Assembly: GCA_002269645.1 (NCBI GenBank)
Contig: NIVC01000046.1
Location: 140,106 to 204,105, forward strand
Direction: 5' to 3'
DNA: 64,000 bases
Origin: Macrostomum lignano
Lineage: Eukaryota
Of the stretch, positions 38,420-51,600 are shown piece after piece. The notes under the pieces are model-generated. The model made no database searches and was not told where the DNA came from. It was given only the letters and a program-made list of their open reading frames with translations. A program made the position numbers and the translations under genes. Numbering within the stretch: position 1 is the first letter of the stretch; each line of letters begins with the position of its first letter.

Positions 38420-41400
38420 ATGGATCGAAAAGGTAAAAATTCAACTTTAAAAAAATGAATTTCAAGCTAATACGAACCCAAATAGGCTTATTGGAACTTA
38501 TTGATGTCGATCGCACATTCCAGAGAGTGGGCGACAAGCCCTAGAAAATCTAGAGGACATGCTCATCTATGATGACATGTTTCTGGACTACTTTAACGCC
38601 TTTCTGAGCTTACCTGTGAGTTGAACTCTAGTCGAACTGATTCAACTCTATTCCAGAGTTTGCAGATCTTGCTTTTATTACAAAGATGTCTCTCCCCACC
38701 ACAATGCAGGCATTTCCCCAGGTGCTTCAATATCACCGACTGACGGGCACGTTTCGCATTGTCGACACCGCTGACGACTCGCTGGTCGAGTGGAGCAACT
38801 CCTCCGAGCCGCTGTACGGCGCCACCGACGATGAGAGGGAGACAATCATGACCTGGGCGCAGAATGAGCGACTGCCACTGTTCACCAAGTGAGCCTTACT
38901 CAATATGCATGTACTTTAATCGATCGAGTAACATCGCATAATTCCCCTGTAGCTCAAAACTAATTTTTACAATTGGTTAATTCCAGAACGGAGCTCTACC
39001 GCGAGTACAAGCTCTGCAAGCTGCTGCTCAGGCCAGTTGATGCCAGAAAAATCGGCACCCGACCTGGCACCTTTGTGCGCGGCTACAGCCGCACTTCCGG
39101 TGGGTTGGGGAGTGTTTAATTCAAAATTGAGATGTCTGAGTAGGGTGTGCGAGTAGTTGAGATGAAAATTCGTGCACGAAAATTGACCTGGGGGTTCGTC
39201 ATACGGCCTGTATTCACACGCCCCCCTGAGGGTCAAATTCCAAGTCAGAGAGTGGGCGTAAATTGTCAGACTCGGACTATGAGAAAGTCAGGGCCGCTGT
39301 ACACTTGATGCTGGTGCCCCTTGGTGCTGGCGCCCCTTGGTGCTGGCGCCCCTTGGTGCTGGCGCCCCTTGGTGCTGGCGCCCCTTGGTGCTGGCGCCCC
39401 TTGGTGCTGGCGCCCCTTGGTGCTGGCGCACCTTGGTGCTGGCGCCCCTTGGTGCTGGCGCCCCTTGGTGCTTGCGCCCCTTGGTGCTGGCGCCCCTTGG
39501 TGCTGGCGCACCTTGGTGCTGGCGCCCCTTGGTGCTGGCGCCCCTTGGTGCTGGCGCCCCTTGGTGCTGGCGCCCCTTGGTGCTGGCGCCCCTTGGTGCT
39601 GGCGCCCCTTGGTGCTGGCGCCCCTTGGTGCTGGCGCCCCTTGGTGCTGGCGCCCCTTGGTGCTGGCGCCACTGGGTGCTGGCGCCATTTTTGCTGGCGC
39701 CACTATGTGTTGGCGCGCCATAAAGACGCATGGAGCACTACGATCCGTGCTGTTGATCCCTGGCTACTCCAGTACACGAATTTGAAAGTTTAAAACCTCA
39801 CTATAACAAAACATTGAGGATGGCTCCTCTGCATCATTTCATCTTGTCCGTGTTAACAAAATCCTCACCCAGGCTCCATGGGCTCGCTGACCGATACGGA
39901 CGCTGACGACGGCTCCTCCGCTGACGTTGATGACGACGACGATGACGAAGATGAAGAATTCGAAGACAGTCAAGACGAGGACGGCGAGTACAACACCACG
40001 GACTTGACTTCGTCCAGCGGCATGTCCAACCGGCCGCCAACTCACGCCAAGAGTTTGCCGGACCGCCTGACCGGCAAGGCCGGCAGCAGCGGAGCTCGGC
40101 GGCGAAGACGTCGACGACCGCGCGACATCGACACCACCGGCGATCTGGACGAGTCAGGCACCACTGGCGCTGTTGACGCCAGCGTCAGCGGCCTGGCGAT
40201 CGATGCATCCACCGCGACGCCGAGTCGGATCCAACAGCATCGACGCTTGAAGGCGTCGCAGCAGGCTGGCGATGGCCGAACCTACTCGGCGCCGCACAAC
40301 TACCAGGTGTGAAATTTATTTGCTAACAATATTTTCAAACTTTCAAGTCTAGCAAAGTGTGGGGGTCGTAGCCCTGTGGTTTAGCGCCTCGCTTTGGTGT
40401 GGCCTAAGCTCGATATAAAGTGCAAGTCATATTAATTTGAAATCTCGGCTAGACTCTGCTCGTGCAATTAACGGCCTTGAGGGCCAACCCCCAAGGCACA
40501 GCGAAGCGTACCTGTCTAACGCGATGAATAAAGCTAGGGGCCGCTGTACACTCCTGTGTGAGTGTGTGCCTGTGCGTGTCGGCGCGATTGTGTGCCTACT
40601 CAGGAGAGTCGGCGGAATGGGCAGTAACGCGCCTTTCGCCGGTTGCGCGGCAATGTCGCTTAAAGTGCGCCAGGGTAAAAGATATAAAAATATATTAGAA
40701 TGTCAGGAAAATCATTTATGAATGGCCAAAATGACTTAGAACTTGTTTCTTTGGCTGCACATTGGTCGAGAAACATGTTTGCAGTCAGTCAGACGGTCAC
40801 AAGAATATTTCGCTCTCGAAAGACTAACTGCATTCGCTAGCATGATATAGACAAAGACTACTCCAAGGATACTTTATCCAAGGACAACAAATTTTCAAGA
40901 AACATATTTCCCTTTCCTTCTTCTCTAGTAGTCCTTGGATAAAGAGATGTAGAGTGCTTGGAATGCTTTACGTAAAAATAAATCAGCAAATTAAAGTAAA
41001 AAAGTTTCAAAGTGTAGTCTTCGCTAAGAACACGCTTTATTTAAATCCAGAATCAAGGAGCAAAAAATGTAATAAATAGTTCTAAACCTAGAAAATTCGC
41101 AATGATACCCGTTTGGTCAAAAATGGTGTTATGATACCAATATTTAAGCCTATAACACGATTAAACGCTAGTGGTTGGAACGTCGAACGTCGAAACAATT
41201 TGTGTCCTTGAGCAAGACAGTTAACTCTGCATTGCTCAGTTCACCCAACTGTAAAATGGGTGGCAACATTAGCTGGAGTAATTGAGGGTTGTGGGTGGCG
41301 ACCCCCAGTCCTTGGACTCAATAACCGTACGCAGCCTTCAGATGCTCCGCGCAATAGCTGCGGCTGAGCACAGTCACTCAGAAAAAAATCTTAAAAATGA

Positions 41401-44400
41401 ATTCTCAACCGTCTCATCCAAGGAATTCGCTATGCTACCCATGTCTACCGATTTCGATCTGCTGCGCGACCTACAGGAGGCCCCTGCCGTCGTGTCCTTC
41501 AGCACCCGAGCCGGCGAGACTGGCGGTGCGGGAGACAGCCTCGACTTGAAAGGCCTGGAAGCTCGGCAGAACCTGCCGTTCGATCGCCTAAAAGAGCTGA
41601 TGCTGGCCAACAGGCAGGGCGTGCAGGAGTTCTTCGAATTCCTGCGACCAACAGCCGGCTTGCATCTGGTGGACTTCTGGCTGGACTGCGAGTTCTACAA
41701 AGACACGGCGTTGGAACGCAGCAACGCTGATAACAGGCAGACCCGAGGCCGACTTCTGCGCGACCTGCAGGACAAGTACCGGCTGCGACTCACCGAGGAG
41801 GCCAAAGCGCAGATGCGCAATGCCGCTAACGACCACCAGAAGGCGAATTCGATTCTGCTGCGAACGCAGTATGACGTGCTGCGACGGCTCCGATCGTATT
41901 GGCTGCCCAGGTAGGTAGAAAGATGCAGTACAACATCGGCTGCTAACCTGTGGCGTTCTAGACAGGCATTTTGAGACTTGGAAATTTGATTTTAGTGCCT
42001 TAGACATGAGTTTAGTGCCTTAGACATGAGTTTAGTGCCTTAGACAGGAGTTTAGTGCCTTAGACATGAGTTTAGTGCCTTAGACAGGAGTTTAGTGCCT
42101 TAGACATGAGTTTAGTGCCTTAGACAGGAGTTTAGTATGTTTAGAAATGAGGTTAGTGCCTTAGACAGGAGTTTAGTGCCTTAGACAAGAGTTTAGTATG
42201 TTTAGAAATGAGTTTAGTGCCTTAGACAGGAGTTTAGTGCCTTAGACAAGAGTTTAGTATGTTTAGAAATGAGTTTAGTGCCTTAGACAGGAGTTTAGTA
42301 TGTTTAGACATGAGTTTAGTACCTTAGACATGAGTTTAGTATGTTTAGACAGGAGTTTAGTATGTTTAGACATGAGTTTAGTGCCTTAGACATGAGTTTA
42401 GTATGTTTAGACATAGGTTTAGTATGTTTAGACATGAGTTTAGTGCCTTAGACAAGAGTTTAGGATGTTTAGACAGGAGATTAGTGCCTTAGACAGGAGT
42501 TTAGGATGTTTAGACAGGAGATTAGTGCCTTAGATGGAGTTTAGTGCCTTAGACAAGAGTTTAGTGCCTTACACAAGAGTTTAGTGCCTTAGACAGGGGT
42601 TTAGTGCCTTAGACATGAGTTTAGTGCCTTAGACAGGAGTTTAGTGCCTTAGACAGGAGTTTAGTGCCTTAGACATGAGTTTAGTGCCTTAGACAGGAGT
42701 TTAGTGCCTTAGACAGGAGTTTAGTGCCTTAGACATGAGTTTAGTGCCTTAGACAGGAGTTTAGTGCCTTAGACAGGAGTTTAGTGCCTTAGACAGGAGT
42801 TTAGTGCCTTAGACAGGAGTTTAGTGCCTTAGACATGAGTTTAGTGCCTTAGACAGGAGTTTAGTGCCTTAGACAGGAGTTTAGTGCCTTAGACAGGAGT
42901 TTAGTGCCTTAGACAGGAGTTTAGTGCCTTAGACATGAGTTTAGTGCCTTAGACAGGAGTTTAGTGCCTTAGACATGAGTTTAGTGCCTTAGACGTGGGT
43001 TTCGTTAGTACCTTTGACGTTGGGTATCAATATTCACTATACAAATAAGGCCACACTTAAGCAGAACATTCCCGCATTTCACCCCAACCCGCGCTGCAGA
43101 TACATAATCCACAAGGAACGCGAGCTGACAGGCCAGACATTCTCAGACCTGCAGCAGGCCTGGCTAAACGACGCCACTCGTCGTGCCTCGGCCATGTCGA
43201 CCATCTTCCCGTCGCTGTCGTTGGTCAACTCCATGCCGGTGCGGCCGGACCTGGCGCACAACCTGGCCATCACCGAGTCCTGGGATCGGGTGCGCGCCGG
43301 AGGTCGCCAGCTGGACGACCGGATTCGGTCAGCTAAAGGCGGTCCGCAGCTGCAGCAGCCGGCCCTGGCCGCTAAGCCCGTCTCGGCGTCGCGACCGTTC
43401 CAGGCTCGGCTGAGGGACGCTCTGACAGTCGACCGCATCGCTGGCGGACCGTTTCGAAGCTTCCTGGAGATGCGACATCGGGATCCGGAGCTGCTTGCCT
43501 GCTTGATGTTCTTCCAGGAGGTGATTTTTTAGTTCAATTTTGTCGCGCTTCTGTAGATATTCTCCTTTGAAGTCGAGGGCACTGTTGTTTAATGGATTTT
43601 GTCCTTTCCTGTTGCACTTAAATTCATTAATTAGATGATGTGTCAAGTTGAATGGTGGTGCTACATGTGTTGATGAATGAAAATGCCTGTTGCAACAGGT
43701 ATTACCTGTTATATAGTTGTGTTACCTGTTGGATACGGGATGTTACCTGTTGGATACGGAGTGTTACCTGTTGGATACGGGATGTGACCTACTGGATACG
43801 GAGTGTTACCTGTTGGATACGGAGTGTTACCTGTTGGATACGGGATGTGACCTACTGGATACGGAGTGTTACCTGTTGGATACGGAGTGTTACCTGTTGG
43901 ATACGGAGTGTTACCTGTTGGATACGGAGTGTTACCTGTTGGATACGGAGTATTACCTGTTGGATGCGGGGTTATACCTGTTTGACAGTTTTGTCCCTGG
44001 ATAACAAGGATTGTGACCTGGGTTGTCGAGTCACTTTTTGCAAAGATTTCTCACCCGTTTAACAGTGTTACGAGCATACCTGGTTGCAGCGTCTCCTCAC
44101 CTCCCCTCTCCAATCAGGTGGAGGAATATTCCAGACGAGACGAACGCACCGCAGATCGCTTCCTGCGCCTTGGGCACGCGTGGAACATCTTCAATCGCTA
44201 CCTGAACGTGAGCGCCGCGCAGCCGGTCAAGGTGGACAAGCGTGAGAATCAGCTGATCCTGGATGCGCTACGCCGGTCGAAGGACACAGTCCCGGCGAAG
44301 GTGTTCGCCAAAGCTCAGGACTCGGTGGTGGTCCGTATGGGCGACACCTGGTTGCGCTTCTTGAAGGAGGATGTGAAAAATTTCCTGGAGTGAGTTTAGA

Positions 44401-47400
44401 CGATTTGTAATGTGTAGATTCTGTAATGTGTAGATTCTGTAATGTGTAGATTCTGTAATGTGTAGATTCTGTAATGTGTAGATTCTGTAATGTGTAGATT
44501 CTGTAATGTGTAGATTCTGTAATGTGTAGATTCTGTAATGTGTAGATTCTATAAAGTGTAGATTCTGTAAGGTGTTTCACATATTCTCTTAAGTCGGGGT
44601 CGGCAAAGTTTTTTACCTCAAGGGCCGGATGAAGAATCCAGCTTATGGCTATGTGCTAGATGAGAGAGGAAAAGAGAGGAAATAGAAGAGATAAGAAGCA
44701 AGACAAGATGAGAAAAAAGAGGAGAGATGAGAGAAGGGAGAGAGGAGAGAAGAGAGAGGGGGAAAGAGAGGGGAGAGAGGGGAGAGAGAAGAGAGGGAAC
44801 CGGTGGAGAGGGGAGAGAGGAGAGAAGAGACACAGACATTGAGCGGGCCGCATTGCTATTGTAAAGTTTTAATGGAACCGAGGGTCGGAGTCCTTTATGT
44901 GTGGATTCTGTAATGCGTAGGTTTTATAGGTGTCCAACACATTCTCGAAAGTGCGGATTCGCGAAAATGAAAAAAAATTTCAGTTGGAGAGACACAAAAA
45001 AGAGCATATTGGTTAAAATACAAACAAAAAAATAATGTTGCTAATATCCACATTGACCCATCCAGATCATCGGTGTCGCATCGCGATTCCGACAGCCCGC
45101 CAAAGACGTCAGACGAAATTCAAGTGTACATCGAAAACGGAAAGATTATTGTCAAACGAATTCAACCGGAAAGGTGAGAAATTTGACTAAATGAACTTCA
45201 ATTTAGAAATTTATTCTCGGATATAAATTGCACCTATAAAACTATTTCTATAGAAGCCTAATTGCTTTAAGTATGATTACAATAACAGGCAGCATATTTT
45301 TAAAACTTGAATCATCTGGTGGTGGTTCTCACGAGCCCGAAACGACCCTGAGGTGTTGAGTCGTTAAAGTTATCTGGGCTATATGTAGCAATTTTAAATT
45401 TCGTTTCAACTTTCCCACGAGAAATCAACAGGTAATTTTATACCTATAGAGACACTTCCATCCTAAGACACTTTAGGTATTGAAGCTATCAAAGTAACCC
45501 AAAACAGTTGCAATCAACAATGGAAGCAGCCTCTCTCTGATCATTTTGTCTCAACGCAGGTGTCGACAAATATTTTCTAACAATCGACAGTTTTCGGAGC
45601 CGTTAATCACTGTCAGAAGCCGTCGTGATACATGTAGTATTCCCCCAGAGTACCGAGCATTCACCTTCCTGTGACTGCGCGCAGCGCCACTCTGTTTCCA
45701 GTAATTAACCGAACCCTCTATGTGATCAATGGCGAATCCCGTTTACCGGAAAGCGACCTCTGGGTAACTTTTTACGAGTAAAAACCCTTGAAGGTATATC
45801 TATCGTGTTGTTATAAACTGAGTAGCTACGCGTATCTTGCACACCGCCGGGATAAGTGTTACAGGTATTTCGCTTGCGTCATTCAATTTAGATAGCACCA
45901 AAGACACAGTTCTAAACTTGCATGAATGCTGTAACCTGTTTTTCAGCTTTGTTGTTTAAACCATTTTTTTGTTATAATTCTGTGTTTTATTGCAAAGCAA
46001 CATGCGATGAAAGTCAATAATACTTCGTCCGAATAATCGCAGACACGTTCGATTTACCAGTTTTTTTATTTATTTGTTTTAAACTACATGTACAGTGACT
46101 GTGACGCTGTTCAGAGAGTGTTCTTGCCTTACCTTACTTTTTGCTTCATTCGGGTTGTGAGCCGTCGTTATTAATCACAAAAAACATTTGCTTCTCGCAC
46201 CAAAACTATCAACGAGTCAGACAGCATCGCCACAGCTCAGCCAGCCGCCGACTCCAAAGTCTGGACCCGCGAATGTCTCCTGGCTCAGCGCTAGACGCTG
46301 ACGTCGCCACTCGACGTCAATCCTCTCGTCGATATTCGCGACAGAGTGCCGCTCTGAACTTTTCCGAAGTCGGCACCATTGCCGGCGATCCGTTTGATAA
46401 TCAGAGCCTGAAAGGGTATTTGTTGTGCAACTAGGAGACAGGGGCTTTTTTAAATAGATCTTTTGTTTCCATCTCTTTTTTAATTCTTTTAGTTCAAAGA
46501 AAATCATTTTACAGCTTTTTAATGCAGTACAAAGGATTTGAGTCATTTATTAGCAAAGACATAGATGTTTTCTGATTGGCTGAGGCTGTATAGACGATGC
46601 AGTGGTGGCTTCTGATTGGCTGAGACTTATTATATAGACAATACAGCGGGTGTCTTCTGATTGGCTGAGGCCTAGTATCTAGATAATACAGCGGTGTCTT
46701 CTGATTGGCTGAGGCCTAGTATCTAGACAATACAGCGGTGTCTTCTTATTGGCTGAGGCCTAGTATATAGACAATACAGCGGTGTCTTCTTATTGGCTGA
46801 GGCCTAATATATAGACAATACAGCGGTGTCTTCTGATTGGCTGAGGCCTGGTATATAGCCATAGTTATACATTTTTGAGCGGCAAATGGTAGTTAGAAGA
46901 CAGATACCGTTCAATTTTTATCGATCCAGTTGTCAGGTAACATTTTTCTCAGAAGTTAAATCTTTTCATCGAACCTTAATTGCTTTTTTATTGAAGTCCA
47001 GCGTTTTTAAATCAACCATTGCACACTCAAGTTCCCTCGTCGTGAGCACACACAGTTCACAGTTTTTGAAAAAAAGTTTCATCACGTACGAGCTACATGT
47101 AACGGTTTTATTAAGTAGCTCGAACTTGTCCAATGTTTTATTTTTTTGTAATTATGCTCAAATAATATATAAACTGTCAATTGAATATGCATAGTTTATA
47201 TTCGTAGTATCTACGCTCGTTAGTCAAATATTAACTTTTAAAGTACACGTTGTACTTGCAGATTTAGGAACAGATTTATTATCCTATGCTTGTACTACTA
47301 GTACACTACATTCTTTAGCATTTAAACGCTGCTATCAATTTCGAAAATACATATAATTCTTGAGAAAAGTCATTGCTTACTTAGAAATGAAATTTGCAAG

Positions 47401-48640
47401 GAAAATCTATCAATTAAAGATAGTAAATTTTCGTAAGGAATCAATAAAGAATAATTGAAGGTGAAGAGACGGAGAGAGGTTGAGAATCTCAAACTCTGTC
47501 AACTCATTCAGTTGACTCGGTAAAGTCAGGAAGCAAAGGAAAGAGGGGGAGAAATAGAGAGGGAGAGAGAGGGAGACAGAGGGGGGAGAGGGAGAAAGGG
47601 AGTGAAGGAGAGAGGGATAGAGGGACAACATAGAAAGGGGAGAGGTAGTCAGGGAGAGTGGGAAAGAGGGGGAGAGGTAGAGAGGGAGAGAGGGGGGAAG
47701 GGAGAGAGGGGCAGCGCGGGAGAGGAGGAGAAGGGGAGAGAGTAAGAGAAGGGGAGAGGTAGAGAGGAAGAGAGAGAGGGGGAGAGGGAGGGGAGGTAGA
47801 AGGGGAGAGAGAGGGAGAGAAGGAGAGGGGAGAGAGGGAGAGAAGGGGAGAGGGGAGAGAGGGAGAGAAGGGGAGAGGGGAGAGAGGGAGAGAAGGGAAG
47901 AGGGGGAGAGAGGGAGAGAAGGGAAGAGGGGGAGAGAGGGAGAGAAGGGGAGAGGGGGAGAGAGGGAGAGAAGGGGAGAGAGGGAGAGAGGGGGAGAGAG
48001 GGGGAGATGGAGAGAGGGAGAGAAGGGCAGACAGGAAGAGAGGTAGAGAGTGTGAGAGAGACAGGGAGGAAAAAATGAGATTGGGAAGAAATTCAATGAA
48101 GATGCATAATCAAAACTGTCCATACACGCTATTCGCAAGAACCTATTAAGAATCCAAGCGCGAAAAGTATATTTCACCACCTATGCTTATGCAGAACTGT
48201 ATCATGACAAATAAGACGGACTGAGACAAATGACACCGCTACTTCAGAATTCCCTCATCCTGTTTATCCTCCTCTCAGATCCCAGGCGCAGCTGCAGCTG
48301 CAACGGCGCCGCAGCTGGGACTTCCTGACGGACGAGGAGAAGGCGGAGCGAAGGAAAGCCGCCGCCGAGAGACGCCGCGTCACCGAGCTGGAGAGGAAGA
48401 AGGCGCTGAAGGCGGCGCGCAAACGACTCAAAGAGATGGAGGAGTCTGGGCGGAAGGTGAGCTAATTTTTAATGTAAAAAAAGTTTTTTCCTACTGTCGA
48501 CAAATAAATTTTTGTGTTATCTATTATCTTTTTCATAAATTTTATTTAATCTCAACTTGCATAGCTTCTTTAATCTCAGTCTTTATAGTCTCCTGTTTCT
48601 GACTCGCTTGTCTGTTCTTCCTTCTCTTGCTGCTTTCCTA

Positions 48641-48671
<31 letters not shown>

Positions 48672-51600
48672 CCTTCTCCGCCTTTTTTTTACCTCCATTC
48701 TCCATCCCTATCGCCATCTCTACACCCCTCTCATTTCTTCCACTCTTGCATTAAAAGCGGTGAGACAAGTTGAGGAGAACTCCTGTTGTGGGTGGGTGCA
48801 ACTTTTGGTAACAGATGCATATACAGTATAATACGTGTCGATGTGGAAAGTTTTTTTTAAATGTAAAAAAACAATTCATTAACTTTTCCCATCGTATCCA
48901 ATAAAACAAAATAGTTCGCATTTCTATGGTTTAAAAGTCAAGGACAGGTAATTTCATATTAAATACTCGTACGTTATTAGATTGGATTTGAAGCGAAAGC
49001 ACCATATTAAAACAAAAAGTATAATTTCCTAGGCTTTCTGCACCAAATTGAAAAACAAAACCTTTCGCACATTTTAACTGGCCATTAACCGTTTTTAGGT
49101 TTAAATGTGATTAAAATTAATAATTCCATACTTTTTGCTTAACAAAATTATTTTCTAAAAAATCACCTGAAAGGCGAGTGCCAGACAAGCGTTGCTAAGC
49201 TACAGCAGCGAAATTAGCGTCACTCCCGTGTCGCAACGGAAGGTAAAATTTTCAATATTTTTTCCACTGCCGAAATAATTTTTGTTTATTTGTGCGAATT
49301 TAGTTGTTAAAACAAATTGGAAGAATGAAGCTTTAAGCGCATGCTCGCATTTGTTTTGCTTTAGAAATTTAGATTTTTTGCTTGCAAATCCGTTCCGGCC
49401 CTATAATTCGCTGTTTGATTTTGATCTGCTTTTGTCAGAAAGTTGTCAATGTTCTCCCGTTGCCTTTAGCGTTACCTTTAGACGAACGGCGATCTGAATT
49501 GTTTTCTTTTCAATCAGAGGTAGGTATAAAAGCACGCTATATTCTGGCGAAGCACATCAGCTAATAATCAATAAATCAATCACTCTTGATCAATAAGTGC
49601 TAAATGTATACTTACTCTGTGCTCGGTCTAGCTAATGGTGTAACGGCGAATCTGCACTTTGATAACGATTCTAAAACTTTATATGTCAAACTAATTTGAT
49701 TTATACGAGTACTAAGGCATGGTGATTGGTGCAAAAATATTCAGACATTTAATTTGCCATTTATTTAGGGTTCCAACAGTGTTTTGTCATTTAGAAAACA
49801 AATAAACTATCAATTTCGTGATGCTTTTCGAATACTTTAAATTCGATGAATTCAGATACAAATTTAAATTCAATTTCGATTTCGATGCTTGCAAATTTGA
49901 GTGAAAGTTTAATGGCTGCTGTTAATATTCCAAACTAGTAATATATAATAAACGTTCTAACGACTTACGTGCTGTGACACTTCTTTATATTTATGGATGA
50001 ATTTCTATCTGTTTTGGCAATCTAGATGCACTCGTTATGTAATTAATCATTTTTAATTCACGTTCGTAAGATTCAATTTTTTTTAAATATTTAACTATTC
50101 ACATAAAAATTTAACAAAACATTCTACAGAAAAAGACTTTGGTTCCGCTAGAGGAAGAGGTAAAAATTGAAGTGACGTGGCTAACTTAGATATTGTTAAC
50201 TGATTGCGCCTAATTGATACAATACAATAATGCAGCTTAATACCGGTATTTTATTAATTAAGTATTCAGGTTTGGAAGAATGAAATGAGAGCCTGCTTGA
50301 TTCTGACAGTATAAATTTAGCTATTAAAAATTTCTGTTTGCTTAGAGTCAAACCGCTAACTTTGTTTAAATTTTCGCTGTAGCTATAGTAGTTATACGCC
50401 GAATTATAAATTTTTAGTAAATTTATTTCCATGACAACATTTGTCTCGACAGATTGCATTGTAAAGAATAATTAATTATTTAATTCTTAAGCAGCTGTAC
50501 TGTACAACTGATCAGATCTTTCTATGGTTTAATAGTCGCGGGATTCAGATTGCATTACCTTTGCTCATTAAAAATTAATTTGTCTAAGGTTTAGGGGTAC
50601 AGAGTTACTCATAAATAGAAAGTACGTATGTTAGAAACTTACTTAAGTGTATACACTTGGCTCCAACCTCTCTCGTACAATTAGTGATTTGTTGGGGTGT
50701 AAATTTATGAATTGACTTTCTAAACATTAGTCTTTATAGTCTCTAATTGCTGAAGTTACGTGAGGGGGTAATATGCATCTCAAGCATATGCATGTGTACT
50801 ATAGCTAGCTCCAAAAGCGCATCTTTAGCTGGTCTAGTTGGAGTTGATTCTCCAAAATTTTACTGTAGTTCTTTAAGCTTCCTATTTTGCTTGATAATCA
50901 CGAACTACGGGCGTATAAATGAAAGGATTTACATTGAACGAAAGCGAATGTTGCCATGCTAACAAAACTCACAAATTTGTTTAAATTGCAACTCTGCTGC
51001 AAAAGGCGTCTGCAGATCTGTGGTCATGGGTAACAAATATTTTCAAAAAATTTAACACGATTTTCATGTTCATACATAAAAAAACAACATTTATACACAC
51101 GTTATCGAGTGATATTTTCAGTAAAGCGGATTTATTATCTATTCGAAGTAAATAATTGCCTAACCAATTGATCCAGTCCAGGGTATTGGATTTCAAAAAG
51201 TTCTCACACAACAGCTATTATTTGTGTCATAACTATTTTTCTGTTTTGCCATTTATTAAAAGTCGGAAATACAGGACGAAACACCGGAAACCACATTCGA
51301 TAGCCGACCGGATGCTGTAAAAGAGGTATCCTCTTCTGTTGCTCAGCCAAAGCAGAGAAATCAGAGAGACACTTCAGAAATTGTATCCGTCATGATCCAC
51401 GCGCGATTGCTTTCAGCCTCAGCTAAACAAAGCCTAGGTCTAACCCAAAGCACACGTTTTGTAACACTTCAAACCAACAAAGTGCGAGTTAAATTACCGT
51501 CACTTGCTTTTTGTCTGAATCGTTAACCTTTTCCCATGATTTTAAAAACCTTTGACATTTAAATTTCAAACAAAATTTAAAAAAAGTTTCCAAAAATTTC

